Notes under the pieces: model-generated
What the model saw: the letters and a program-made list of their open reading frames with translations, nothing else
Database searches by the model: none
Told to the model about the DNA's origin: nothing
Part shown: positions 34,538 through 47,290 of the stretch, piece after piece
How the letters are laid out: the number at the start of each line of letters is the position of its first letter
Numbering within the stretch: the first letter of the stretch is position 1
Position numbers and translations under genes: made by a program
DNA from: Squalus acanthias
Lineage: Eukaryota
Length of the DNA stretch: 64,000 nt
Assembly: GCA_030390025.1 (NCBI GenBank)
Contig: CM059432.1
Coordinates: 35,466,001 to 35,530,000 of the forward strand
Direction: 5' to 3'

Positions 34538-35100
34538 GGCTGCATCCACAGTGACAATGAGGTGCTTCTGCAACAAAGCACCTCCCCTTTAAGAAATGCA
34601 GAGAGCCTAGGCAAAATGTTATTGACCAGTAGACTGCACCTGATATTGGCCCCCTTCTTCAACACTGAGCCAACCAGCGCTCCAATCATTGTAATGAGCA
34701 AGCAGCCCATTTGCAGGCCTAATCCAATTTCACCCCCCATTAAGTTTAAAATTTGTGTCCTTGGCTATAAATCCCTCCACAGCCTTGTTTCACCCAATGT
34801 TGCCAGCCTGCCTGTCCTCTAACCCCTCTTAAATGCTCCATCGACTGATTCTGGTCTTTTAATCTGGTGGCAGAGCTTCAGTGACATCAATCCGCTGAAA
34901 CTCTCTCTTTGCCTCTCCATCTCTCTTTACACCTTAAAATGATTTCTCAAACTCATCTCTTTAGCCAAGCTTTTCACCCCATTTCCAAAGCACTCTGGTT
35001 CTGGTACAGCGTTCGTTCTCAGTCACCATCTGTGTTGAAACCATGGGACGGTTTCTATATTAAACATATCAAAACATAATATTTTAATATTATAAACATA

Positions 35101-35995
35101 GGGGTAAAAATTCAGTTGGTTGCGCCTCCCGTTAGCGCCTTAAGAGGGCGCTAATGGGGCGCAAAGCCGCTAACGCCCGGGCGCAGCGATGTTTGCGCCG
35201 CTCGAGAACTTAACTAGAGATTGTGCGGCGGCGCTAAAACTTACCGCTGCGACCACCTGCGCGCGCAGATTATGACGTCATTCCATGGTGCAACGCCCTT
35301 GTGGCGCCCCGGAGCGGAAATTGAGTGGCGCCCCCTGCCTTACCGCCTGGCGCATCCAACGACCAGAAGACTGGAACGCTATCAATCGCTGTGGGGCTGG
35401 GGGGGGGGCGCTATTTAAAGGGGGCCTCTTCCTGTCTTTTATTGTTGGTGGCATTTTTGAACTACGCATTCTGAGAGAGAGAGGGAGAGACTTCTGGAGA
35501 GATTCAACGTTGTGTGAAGGAGTTTTGGGTACTGAGCAGCACTTTGCAGGTTCATTTTGATTTGCCATTCCTTGTATCGATTTAGCAGAGACTGTGGGAG
35601 CTGCACTCTGAGCTCTTTGCCTGGTACTCTCCATTGTTCTTTCCAGCACATTTGATGTGCAAGTCTCTCCAGGCCGAGATTCAAGGCTGCAATGAACAGG
35701 ATGTGGATGGAAAGCAAGATTAACCCTCCCCTTTAAGAACTGGCCCGTGCCATTGTGTGTGTGTTCCATTGCTGACTGACATTACATGAGCTTCGCCAGC
35801 GCTCTGAGTTAGCGCCTCACTGCTCGGCCTTTGCGCCTTAAGACAGGTGTGCAGCGCCTGATTTAGCGCTCCACTCACCTCCTGGGGCGGTAAAAGTGAA
35901 GTTTCCAGTCAGTGCCGATAATTAGCGCCAGGCGCTAATATTTGCGTCCAGACGATATTTGCGCCCCAAATGGGGCGCGACCTAATTTTTACCCC
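35101..35995. mobile_element. Non-autonomous Harbinger-type element
   Basis: Perfect TIR GGGGTAAAAATT / AATTTTTACCCC; TSD ATA. Confidence 0.92.
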
Positions 35996-36047
35996 ATAAT
36001 ATTTTCTATATTAAACATATAAAAACATATATCTTGAAATGTATTTT

Positions 36048-36360
36048 GGATGAGACATTAAACCAAGGCCCCGTCTCCCCCTCAAGTGGATTTAAAAGAT
36101 CCCACAGTACTAATAGAAGAAGAGAAGGGGAGTACTTCCAATATCCTGGCCAATATTTATCCCTCAACAAACATCACTAAAAATAGATGATTTGGTCATT
36201 TATGTCATTGCTGTTTGTGGGACCTTGCTGTGCGCAAATTGGCTCCTGCATTTCCCTTCATTACAACAGTGACTACACTTCAAAAGTACTTAATTTGCTG
36301 TAAAGCGCTTTGGGACGTCCTGAGGTTGTGAATGGCCCTATATAAATGCAAGTCTTTGTT
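36048..36360 (+). mobile_element. Deu-domain SINE, 5'-truncated
   Basis: Core and tail present. Confidence 0.82.
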
Positions 36361-37177
36361 TTATTATTAAGGCTGCTATATAAATAAGTTGTTAAAGTAC
36401 TTGGATGTGCACTTGGGATGCTCTAACCTGCAGGGCTACGGACCAAGAGCTGGGAAGTGGGATTAGGCTGGATAGCTCTTTGTTGGCCGGTGCGGACACG
36501 ATGGGCCGAAATGGCCTCCTTCCGTGCTGTAACTTTCTGTGATTCTATGAGAAGAGTTACCATCAACAGATAGCAAATGGACAGCAAAAGACATGTGCTA
36601 TCAATGTAATTTGTACACTGGTTCAAACCCTGCTGCCTGTGACTATGACTCATTGCTATCCTTGTGTGTTGTGCTCATATTTTTGTTTGAGTGACCTGCA
36701 GTAGTAGTATTATCTCTGACGGGGTTGTGAAGATTCCATGCATTAATGAACAAATGTGCAAAATGCAGAGTGGTGAATGACTCTGCCCTAGGTTTGCTGG
36801 TATGGTGATAACCAGTATTGGCATTGATAACCATCTCATAGAGATATTATCACAACACAGAAAAGGTTGTTTTCGTACTTGTTTTCAGTCCAAACCGCCC
36901 TGTTGCTTTCTTGTATTATAACTGAACCTCGCTTGCTTCTCCCAAGTTGCAGTAAGCCTCTGACACACTCTCTTCCTCCACTCTGCATCGTCACTGTGTT
37001 GAAATTGAGCCTTGTCACATTGTCTCGCGCTCTAACTGTTCTTTCCTCCAATCCGTGGGACTCCTTTCCTTCATAGGTATTCCCTTCGCCATGCGATCTT
37101 CAGCTCTTTAATACAATTTTAAGATAATACAAATTTTAAGATAATTGGCAAGAGAACCAGGGGTGAGATAAAGAGAA

Positions 37178-38442
37178 ACAACAACAGAAAACGCTGGAAA
37201 AACTCAGCAGGCCAGGCAACATCCATGGAGAGAGAAACAGAGTTAACGTTTCAGGTTGAAACCCTTCGTCAGAACTGAGAAAAAAGCAGGAAATGAAACA
37301 GATAAAAAAGCAAGGGGGAGGCTGGGGGGAGGAATAAAAGAACAAAAGAGGAGGTCTGTGATAAGTAGAGACATTAAGAGATGCTCAAGGCGAGACGAGA
37401 TGGTAATAGGACAGGTTAAGAAACAAAAGGTGGCTCAGAAGTGTAAAGTGTGAAATGCTGGCAGAATGAGAGACAGCTGCTGTGGGGGGAGAGAGAGAAA
37501 AAAAAAGGAAAAGGCACAAACCAAAAGGGTGGATAAAATGTATGTGGTAGGGGCCGAGGTTATGATCTGAAATTGTTGAACTTGATATTGAGTCCGGAAG
37601 GCTGTAAAGTGCCTAATCGAAAGATGATGTGCTGTTCCTCGAGCTTACGCTGAGCTTCCGTGGAACAATGCACGAGGCCGAGGACGGTGAGGTCTGAGTG
37701 GGCGTGGAGAGGTGAATTAAAATGACAAGTGACCGGAAGCTCAGGGTCACCCTTACGGACTGAACGGAGGTGTTCTGCAAAGCGGTCACCCAGTCTGCGT
37801 TTGGTCTCCCCAATGTAGAGGAGACCACATCGTGAGCAGCGAATACAGTATACTAGATTGCAAGAAGTACAAGTAAATTGCTGTTTCACCTGGAAGGGGT
37901 GTTTGGGGCCCTGGAGAGTGGGAAGGGGGAATGTATAAGGGCAGGTGTTGCATCTTCTGCACTTGCACGGGAAGGTGCCGGGCGAGGGGGAAGGGGTGCT
38001 GGGGGTGATAGAGGAGTGGACTAGGGTGTCTCGGAGGGAGGGGTCCCTGCGGAATGCTGAAAGGGGAGGTGAGGGGAAGATGCGTTTGGTGGTGGGATCA
38101 CGTTGGAGGTGGCGGAAATGGCGGAGGATAATCCGTTGAATGTGGAGGCTGGTGGGGTGAAAGGTGAGGACAAGGGGAACTCTATCGTGGTTCCGGGAGG
38201 GAGGGGCTGGGGTGAGGGCAGAAGTGCGGGAGATAGAACGGACACGGTCGAGGGCCGTGTCGACCACGGTAGAGGGGAATCCTCGGTTGAGGAAAAAGGA
38301 AGACATGTCGGAAGCACTGGTATGGAAGGTGGCATCGTCGGACAGATGCGGCGGAGACGGAGAAACTGGGAGAAGGGAATAGAGTCCTTACAGGAGGCGG
38401 GGTGGGAGGAAGTGTAGTCCAGGTAGCTGTGGGAGTCAGTGG
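37178..38442 (-). mobile_element. Penelope-like element, 5'-truncated, GIY-YIG endonuclease region intact
   Basis: ORF 37560-38306 with NLVYCIRCSRCGLLYIGETKRRLGDRFAEH and GTLQPSGLN. Inserted in a CR1 tail (37130-37177 / 38443-38680) with TSD GATAA(A/G)GAGAA. Confidence 0.93.
37241..37276 (-). ncRNA. Minimal type I hammerhead ribozyme motif
   Basis: Minus strand: AGUU-CUGACGA-AGG(GUUUCAA)CCU-GAAA-CG-UU-AACU, i.e. stem I, core, stem II, GAAA and palindromic ACGU stem III. Confidence 0.75.
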
Positions 38443-39164
38443 GATAAGGAGAATTTTTTTTACGCAGTGAGCTGTTATGATCTGGAATGCACTGCCTGAA
38501 AGGATGGTGGGAGCAGATTCAGTAGTAACTTTGGAAAGGGAATTGGCTGTATACTTCAAAAGGAAAGAATTGCAGGATTATGGGAAAAGAGCAGGGGAGT
38601 GCAACTAATTGGATAGCTCGTTCAAAGAAATGGCACAGTCACGATGGGCTGAATGGCCTCCTCTGTGCTGTAACCCTGCTATCAGCTGATGACTACTTGC
38701 TACTTTACCTTTATCAAGTCTTTTTGTCTCTGCAACTTTACTTTGTCCTGCACTATCTGCATTAGGTTATCAATTTGGTTTCTCAATTCGAAGATACTGT
38801 AATGGAAGCTCCTGTTATTCCAAGTCAAATGACAACTGCAGCTCCCTTGCTGGGCTCAGTGAATGAATGCACTACCTGCTAGGGTATTGTGCCAAAAGAC
38901 CAGAAAGGTCCTGAGTTCAATACCTGGTCTGCACTGTAAGAAACTGCATGGTCCAGGGTATAATGCAACCTAGGGTAATGGCTGTCAGTGAAGGTCCCAA
39001 GTGAGATGGCTTTGAGACAATAGCTGCCCATTTTCCCAGTGGAATGAAGTCCACTTTGGTGAATTCTAACCTCACTCAGAGGTACCTGAGAGTGGCTGTT
39101 GTTGTGGAAATATAAAGGTTGAAGATTCCATCCTCAACTCTTCTCCTAAGGTTGAGGTGAAATG

Positions 39165-39430
39165 ATCCATATTCTGCATTCAACCTGCCCTGGGAGTGTT
39201 TGATGGGTCAGTGCAGAAGGAGCTTTACTCTGCATTCAACCTGAGCTGTACCTGCCCTGGGAGTGCTTAATGGGACAGTGCAGACTGAGCTTTACTCTGT
39301 ATCTAACCTGTGCTCTACTTGACCTGGGACCATTTGGGACAGTGTAGAGAGAGCTTTACTCTGCACCTAACCCGTGCTCTACCTGACATGGGACTGTTTG
39401 GTGGGACAATGTAGAGAGAGCTTTTACTGA
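39165..39430 (+). repeat. About 65-bp tandem repeat (about 4 units) with an inverted unit at 39660-39730
   Basis: CCTGCCCTGGGAGTGTTTGATGGGACAGTGTAGA..GAGCTTTACTCTG..TCTAACC recurs. Confidence 0.88.
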
Positions 39431-39734
39431 TTTCAACAGAAACAGTTTTGGGTTTGCAATAATTAGCCACAGTTCCCTTTCTCTGAGGAATTAAAAAATC
39501 GCCAGGGTTCTCACTCCTGCTTGCTATCCAGTGAGCCCTGGTGTAAAGTGGACATTAGCTGAGGACTGGCTCACGCTTGGCTGTGGTGCTACCACCCAAG
39601 ATTGAATAGGCTGCCAAAAATCAGGGCCTGGGCTCACACATTAAGAATGCCCAAAGTATAAGGTCAGGTACAGCACAGGTTAGATACAGAGTGAAGCTCC
39701 CTCTACACTGCCCCATCAAACACTCCCAGCAATG

Positions 39735-40992
39735 CTGGATCTGGTTGTGGGGAATGAAGTGGGGCAAGTGGAGCATGTTTCAGTGGGAGAGCATTTGGAA
39801 ACAGTGATTGCAATATCATTAGGTTTAAAATAGTTATGGAAAGGGAAAAATAACAATCAAGGGTGAAGATACTCAACTCAGAGAGGGCTAATTTCAGTGA
39901 GTTGAAAGGGGATCTGGCCCAGGTGGATTGGAAACAAAGATTGGCAGGAAAAACAGTCAATGATCAATTGGAGTCCTTCAAAGAGGAGATAGTTTGGTAC
40001 AGTCTACATACATTCCTATGAGAGTGAAAGGAAGGGCATCCAAAGCTGGAGTTCCCTGGATGACTAATGATATACAGAGATTAAAAAGAAACAGAAAAAG
40101 GAGGCTTATGATAAATGTCAAATTCATAATACAGCAGAAAACTAAGCTGAATGCAGAAAGTACAGGGGAGAACTGAAAAAGGAAATAAAAGGAGCAAAGA
40201 GAATGTATGAGAATAGATTAACAGTAACATAAAAGGGAATCCAGAAGTCTTTTATAAACATCTAAATAGTCAAAGGAAGGGTGGGGCCGATTAGGGACTA
40301 CAAAGGAGATTTTGTGGAGGCAGAGGGCGTGGCTGAGGTACTAAATGAGAACTTTGCATGTGTCTGCACAAAAGAAGAGGATGCTGTCAATGTCACAGTA
40401 AAGGAGGAGGTAGTAGAGAAATTGGATAGGAGTAACATAGATAAGGATACTTAAAAGGTTGGCAGTACACAAAGTAGAAAAATCAACCAGTTTCGGATGG
40501 GATGAATCCTAGGTTGCTGAAGGAAGTAAGGGAGGAGATAGCAGAGGCTCTAGTCATAATCTTTCAATCCTCCTTGGATAGGGGAATGGTACCAGAGGAC
40601 TGGAGGATTGCAAATGTTACACCCCAGTTCAAAAAAGGGGAGAGGGATACACCTGGTAACTTCAGGCCAGTCAGCCTAACCTTTGAAGGTGGGGAAATTT
40701 TTACTGACAATAATCCGAGATAAAATTAATTGTCACTTGGAAAAACACAGGTTAATAAATGACAGCCAGCATGAATTTGTTGAAGGCAAATCATGTCTGA
40801 CAAACTTGATTGAGTTCTTTGCTGAAGTAACAGAGGATTGATGAGGGTAGTGTGGTTAATGATGTGCATATGGACTTTCAAAAGGCGTTTGATAAAGTAC
40901 CACATAATAGACTTGTTGGCAAAATTAAAGCCAATGGGATTAAAGGGACAGTGACAGCGTGGAATAGAGGGACAGAAAGCAGAGAGTAGTGG
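39735..40992 (+). mobile_element. CR1 LINE 5' part (resumes at 45451-46110)
   Basis: PEDWRIANVTP.FKKG...FRPVSLT and later RT motifs; breaks at CAGAGAGTAGTGG. Confidence 0.88.
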
Positions 40993-42228
40993 GATGCAGA
41001 CTTGAACGGATATGGAGAACAACTGGTTTAGCCACTCACTGCCAGATCTGGCTGGACCACATAAGCACTATCGGGTCCTGCTCTCATCTGCCAAAACTGC
41101 TCGCTATTCCAGGATCATTCTGGAATGCAAAGATAACCCCCGGCTTCTTTTCTCTACTGCAAACCGTCTTCTTAAACTCTTCTTCCCTGTCTCCTCCACC
41201 CTCACCTCCAACAACAAGTGCGAGGAGCTCATGGACTTCTTTGTCATTAAGATTGAGACCATCTGATCAGCTGCCTCTGCCACTTCCCTCCCTTCCCCGA
41301 GCCCACTGGGCCAAAATTCCTCTAAGGTTCCCCCCTGCCCTAGCCCTGAACTCTCCTCTTTCTCCAGGTTCTCTCCGATCTCCCCTCATGCCCTCTCCGA
41401 GCTCATTTTGTTCATGAGACCCACTTCCTGCTCCCTTGATCCTATTCCCACTAAACTGCTGACCACCCATCTTCCTTTCCTGAGTCCCATGTTATCTGAT
41501 ATTGTTAACGGTTCTCCCTCCTCAGGCACTGTCCCCCTCTCCTTCAAATCTACTGTCACCACCCCCTCCTAAAAAAAAATGATCCTTGACCCCTCCATCC
41601 ATGTAAACTACTGCCCATCGCCAACCTCCCTTTCCTCTCCAAAGCCCTTGCACGTGTTGTCGCCTCCCAAATCCCTGCCCATCTTTCCCAGAACTCCATG
41701 TTTGAATTTCTCCAATCAGGTTTCCGCCCCAGCCACAGTACCGAAACAGCTCTTATCAAAGTCACAAATGACATCCTATGTGACTGTGACAAAGGTAAAC
41801 GATCCCTCCTCATCCTTCTCAACCTGTCTGCAGCCTTTGACACAGTTTATCATAGTATCCTCCTCCAACATCTCTCCACCGTCGTCCAGCTGGGTGGGAC
41901 TGCACTCGCCTGGTTCCATTCTTATCTATGTAATCGTAGCCAGAGAATCACTTGCAATGGGTTCTCTTCCCACTCCTGCACCGTTACCTCTGGTGTCCCC
42001 CAAGCATCTATCCTTGCCCCCCTCCTATTTCTCATCTACATGCTGCCCCTCGGCAACATCATCTGAAAACAGAGCGTTAGTTACCACATGAACGCTGATG
42101 ACACCCAACTGTGCCTCACCACCACCTCTCTTGACTCCTCCACTGTCTCTAAATTGCCAACTGCTTGTCAGACATCCAGTCCTGGATGAGCAGAAATTTC
42201 CTCCAATTAAATATTGAGAAGACCAAAT
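40993..42228 (+). mobile_element. L2 LINE RT region (resumes at 44622-45450)
   Basis: QSGFRPSHSTETAL, LNLSAAFDTV, GVPQ.S.L.PLLF, WMSRNFLQLN. Confidence 0.9.
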
Positions 42229-44621
42229 TCTTAAAATGCATTCATGAGAATTTTTTTAGCCAGTACGTAGCAAGCCCAACAAGCGAGGGGGCGGTTCTGG
42301 ACCTAGTTTTAGGGAATGAAGCTAGGCAAGTGGAAAAGGAATCAGTGGGAGAGCATATTGGTGGTAGTGATCATAATTCAGTTAGATTTAAGGTAGTTAT
42401 GGAAAAGGACAAGGATAGACCAGGGATAAAAGTTCTCAATTGGGAAAAAGCTAGTTTTACTAAGCTAAGATGTGATTTAGCCAAAGTGGACTGGAGACAG
42501 AAACTTTTCAAGTCAGTGTTAGAGCAGTGGGATGCATTCAAGGAGGAGATAGTGAGGGTTCAGAGCAAGTGCGTTTTCCTTAAAGAAAAAGGGTAGGACT
42601 CACAAATCTAGAGCTCCCTGGATGTCAAGGGGCATACAGGATAGGATAAAGAAAAAAAGGGAAGCTTATGACAGATACTGAGGGCTCAATACTGCAGAAA
42701 CCCTAGAGGAGTATAGAAAATGCAGGGGTGAAATTAAAAAGGAAATTAGGAAAGCAAAGAGAGGGCATGAAAAAATATTGGCATGTAACATGAAGGAAAA
42801 TCCAAAGATGTTTTATAAATACATTAAGAGCAAGAGGATAACTAAAGTAAGAGATGGGCCTATTAGGGACTATAAAGGTAACCTGTGTGGGGAAGCGGGA
42901 CTATAAAGGTAACCTGTGTGTGGAGGTGGAAGACATGGGTATGGTTCTTAATGAATACTTTGTGTCTGTTTTCACAAAAGAGAGGGACGATGCAGACATT
43001 GCAATTAGGGAGGAGGAGTGTGAAATATTAGATGAAATAAACATAGTGAAACAGGAAGTATTAAGGGGTTTAGCATCTTTGAAAATGGATAAATCCCCAG
43101 GCCCGGATGAAATGTATCCCAGACTATTAAGAGAAGTAAGAGGAAATAGCAGAGGCTCTGACCATCATTTTCCAATCCTCTCTGGCTACAGGTGTGGTAC
43201 TGGAGGACTGCTAACATGGTATCATTGTTTAAAAAGGAAGAAAGGGATAAACCGAGTAATTACAGGCCAGTCAGCCTAACCTCGGTGGTGGGAAAATTAT
43301 TGGGAAAAATTCTGAGGGACAGGATAAATCTTCATTTAGAAAGACACGGATTAATCAGGGACAGTCAGCATGGATTTGTTAAGGGAAGGTCGATGGGATT
43401 TTCGATGAGGGTAGTGCGTTTGATGTAGTCTGTATGGATTTTAGCAAGGCTTTGATAAGGTCCCGCATGGCAGACTGGTCATGAAAGTAAAAGCCCATGG
43501 GATCCAAGGCAAAGTGGCAAGTTGGATCCAAAATTGGCTCAGAGGCAGGAAACAAAGGGTAATGGTCGAAGGGTGTATTTGTGACTGGAAGGCTGTTTCC
43601 AGTGGGGTTCCGCAGGACTCAGTACTGGGTCCTTTGCTTTATGTGGTACATATCAATGATTTGGACTTGAATGTAGGAAGTATGATTAAGAAGTTTACAG
43701 ATGATAGAAAAATTGGCTGTGTGGTTGATAATGAAGAAGAAAGCTGTAGACTGCAGGAAGATATCAATGGACTGGTCAGGTGGGCAGAACAGTGGCAAAT
43801 GGAATTCAATCTGGAGAAGTGTGAGGTAATGCATTTGGGGAGGGCTAACAAGGCAAGGGAATACACTATAAATGGTAGGCACTGAGAAGTGCAGAGGATC
43901 AGATGGATCTTGTAGTGCATGTTCACAGATCCCTGAAGGTAGCAGGACAGGTAGATAAGGTGGTTAAGAAGGCATACGGGATACTTGCCTTTATTAGCCG
44001 AGGCATAGAATATAAGAGCAGTGAGGTTATGCTTGAACTATATAAAACATTAGTTAGGCCGCAGCTAGAATACTGCGTGCAGTTCTGATCACCACATTAC
44101 AGGAAGGATGTGATTGCACTAGAGGGGGTGCAGAGGAGATTTATGAGGATGTTGATTGGGCTGGGGAATTTTAACTATGAGGAAAGATTGGATAGGTTGG
44201 GGTTGCTTTCTTTGAATCAGAGGAGGCTGAGGGGAGACCTAATTGAGGTGTATAAAATTATGAGGGGCCTAGATAGAGTGGATAGGAAGGACCTATTTCC
44301 CTTAGTAGAAGGGTCAATAACCAGGGGGCATAGATTTAAAGTAATTGGTCGGAGGTTTAGAGGGGATTTGAGGAGAAATCTTTTCACCCAGAGGGTGGTG
44401 GCGGTCTGGAACTCACTGCCTGAAAGGGTGGTAGAGGCAGAAACCCTCATCACATTTAAGAAGTACTTGGATGTGCACTTGAAGTGCCGTAACCTACAAG
44501 GCTACGGACCAAGTGCTGGAAAATGGGATTAGGGTGGATAGCTCTTTGTCGGCCAGCACGGACAAGATGGGCCGAATGGCCTCCTGCTGTGCTGTAAATT
44601 TCTATGATTCTAAGATTCTAT
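42229..44621 (+). mobile_element. CR1 LINE, late APE through RT and tail, nested in L2
   Basis: LDLVL...SDHN, YRPVSLT, QHGF and ORF 44110-44532; TTCTATGATTCTAAGATTCTAT tail. Confidence 0.93.
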
Positions 44622-45450
44622 GAAGCCATTGTCTTCGGTTCCCGCCACAAGCTCCATTCCCTAGTCACTGACTCCATCCCTTTCCCCAGCAACTGTCTGA
44701 GGCTGAACCAAGCTGTTCGCAACCTTGGTGTCATTATTTGACTCTGAAATGAGCTTCCGACCACATATCCCGCCATCACTAAGACCAGCCATTTCCACCT
44801 CCGGAACATCGTCTGACTCCACTCCTGCCTCAGCTCATCTGCTGCTGAAACTCTCATCCATGCCTTTGTTACCTCTAAACGTGTCTGTTCCAATGCACTC
44901 CTGGTTGGCCGGCCTTCCACATTCTACCCTCCGTAAACTTGAGGTCATCCAAAGCTCTGCTGCCCGTGTCCTAACTCACACCAAGACCCGTTCACCCATC
45001 AACCCTGTGCTCGCTGACCTACATTGGCTTCCGGTTAAGCAATGCCTCGATTTTATAATTCTCATCCTTGTTTTCAAATTCTTCCATGACTTCGCAGCTC
45101 CCTATCTCTGGAATCTCCTCCAGCCCCACAACCCCCCAAGATATCTGCGCTGCTCTAATTCTGACGTCTTGAGAATCCCCAATTTTAATCTCTCAACTAT
45201 TGGTGGCCGTGCCTTCAGCTGCCAAGGTCCTAAGCTCTGGGATTCCCTCCCTAAACCTCTCCACCTGTCGACCTCTCTTTCCTCCTTTAAGAGGCTCCTT
45301 AAAACCTACCTCTTTGACCAAGCTTTTGGTCACCTGCCCGAATTATGTGGCTCGGTGTTTTATTTGATAACACTCCTGTGAAGTGCCTTGGGATGTTTTA
45401 TTACATTAACGTTATATAAATACATGTTGTTGTGTTTTATTTGTTCTTGT
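44622..45450 (+). mobile_element. L2 LINE 3' part and tail
   Basis: IQ.SAARVL...PVLADLHWLPV...FKRLLKTYLF; TGTTGT tail. Confidence 0.9.
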
Positions 45451-46110
45451 TGAAGAACGATTGTTTTTCAGACGAGGGAAATATACAGGGGTCGGTATTG
45501 GAACCACTGCCCTTTTAGATATATATTAATGACCTGGGCTCGGGTATACAGAGCATAATTTTAAAATTTGCAGATGGCACGCAACTCAGAATTGTAGTAA
45601 ACAGTGAGGAGGATTGTTACAGACGTCAGGAGGACATAGATTGGTGAAATAGGCAGACACATGGCAGATGAAATTTAATGCAGAGAAGTGTGAAGTGACT
45701 CATTTTGGAAGGAAGGATGAGGAGAGGCAATATAAATTAAATGGTACAATTTAAAGGGGGTGCAGGAACAGAGAGACCTGAGGGTTTCCGCACAGAAATC
45801 TTTGAAGGTGACAGCACAAGTTGAGAAGGCTGTTTTTTTAATGACAACCTTGGCTTTATTAATCGAGGCCTAGTGTTATGCTAAACCTTTATAAATCACT
45901 GGTTAGGCCTCAGCTGGAGTATTGTGTTCAATTCTGGGCACCGCACTTTAGGAAGGATGTCAAGGCCTTGGCGAGGGTGCAGAGGAGATTTACTAGAATG
46001 GTACCAGGGATGAGAGACTTCAGTTATGTGGAGAGACTGGAGAAGCTGGGATTGTTCTCCTTAGAGCAGAGAGGTAAGGGGAGATTTAACAGAGGTTTTC
46101 AAAATTTGCA
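45451..46110 (+). mobile_element. CR1 LINE RT continuation
   Basis: LYKSLVRPQLEYCVQFWAP (45878-46183). Confidence 0.87.
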
Positions 46111-46189
46111 CTTGCATAAAGACTTTAGCAGTGATCACATTCCGAGGAGGGGAGGGAGCTGGGCATTCAGTGGGAGACTGTGAGATGTG

Positions 46190-46545
46190 TCCATGGCTTC
46201 TTCCCTCCTTATCTCTGTAACCTCCTCCAGCCTTACAATCCTCCACGATATCTGTGCTTCCCCAATCATGGCATCGTGAGCATCCCCGAATTTAATCATT
46301 CAACAAATGGCAGCCGTGCCTTTAGTTCCAAGGCCCTATGCTCTGGAATTCCCTCCCTAAACCTCTCTGCACCTCTCTCCTCGTTTAAGACACTTCTTAA
46401 AACCTACCTCTTTTCTGCCCTAATATCTCCTTATGTGGATCAGTGTCAAATTTTGTTTGATAACGCTTCTGTGAAGCACCCTTGGACATTTTGCTAAGTT
46501 AAAGGTGCTATATAAATGCAAGTAGTTGTTTTTGTTGTTGTTGAG
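46190..46545 (+). mobile_element. L2 3' fragment
   Basis: FKTLLKTYLF; TATAAATGCAAG...TTGTTG tail. Confidence 0.8.
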
Positions 46546-46994
46546 GTAGATAAGCGGAGCTATGGTCGATAAAGTAGGAGTTGAGCCTTAAATCAGCAAA
46601 CCCCTGCAAATCAGTCCCATTTCCCATTTCCGATGCTAACCAGCTTTGTGACCACTATTAATGATATCACCAATCTGTGGCAAATTATGGATGGACCCTC
46701 GCTCACCGTTGGAGCTAAGTAGTCAATGTCCCAAACTCATTCCACTTAGGATGCTTCCCAGCAGACAGAGCGAAAAGACCCTCGTCTCATCAGTTTTGCC
46801 TGAATTTGAGCCCAGGTGCCAGTGATGGAAGGATAACTAAAGTAGCACCCAGTCTCCAATGAAACCTTCTTTTTAATTGTTACAAAAAGGTTTGCATGTG
46901 TTACTATTTTTTAAAAGGGTTAACTTGGTCCCCAGTGGACTGTGTTGTTAAAGGTAGCTTATGGATTTGATATCCAGGCCCATGCTGAGCATTT

Positions 46995-47290
46995 AAAAAA
47001 AAAAATGTATATATTCTTGGCATGTGGGTGTTGCTGGTAAGGCTGACATTTATTGCCCATCCCTAGTTTCCCTTGAGAAAGTGGTGGTGGGTATTCTTGA
47101 ACCGCTGCAGTCTGTGCGGTGAACGTGCTCTCTCAATGGTGTCAGGTAGGGAGTTCCAGAATTTTGACCCAGTGACTATGAAGTCAGGATGGTGTGTGAC
47201 TTGTAGGGGAACTTTGAGGTGATGGTGTTCCCATTATATTGCTGCTCTTGTCCTTCTTGGTGATGGAGGTCACGGGGCTGGGAGTTACTG
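46995..47290 (-). mobile_element. LINE family A 3' fragment
   Basis: Reverse complement of 25700-25990. Confidence 0.8.

Larger units (their letters stand above)
30937..34738. mobile_element. Full-structure PIF/Harbinger transposon (transposase plus convergent Myb/SANT gene), decayed
   Basis: TIR GGCCGTGAAATT / AATTTCACCCCCC; TSD ATT. Removing it rejoins an L2 remnant (...CAACATATTAAGTTTAAAATTT...). Confidence 0.92.

Noticed and set aside
39165..39430. CRISPR-like or structured RNA array
   Set aside because: Whole units repeat head to tail with no spacers; it is an ordinary tandem repeat.
42165..42596. Novel L2-CR1 fusion protein ORF
   Set aside because: Chance in-frame junction of a CR1 insertion into a dead L2, with no real start or promoter.
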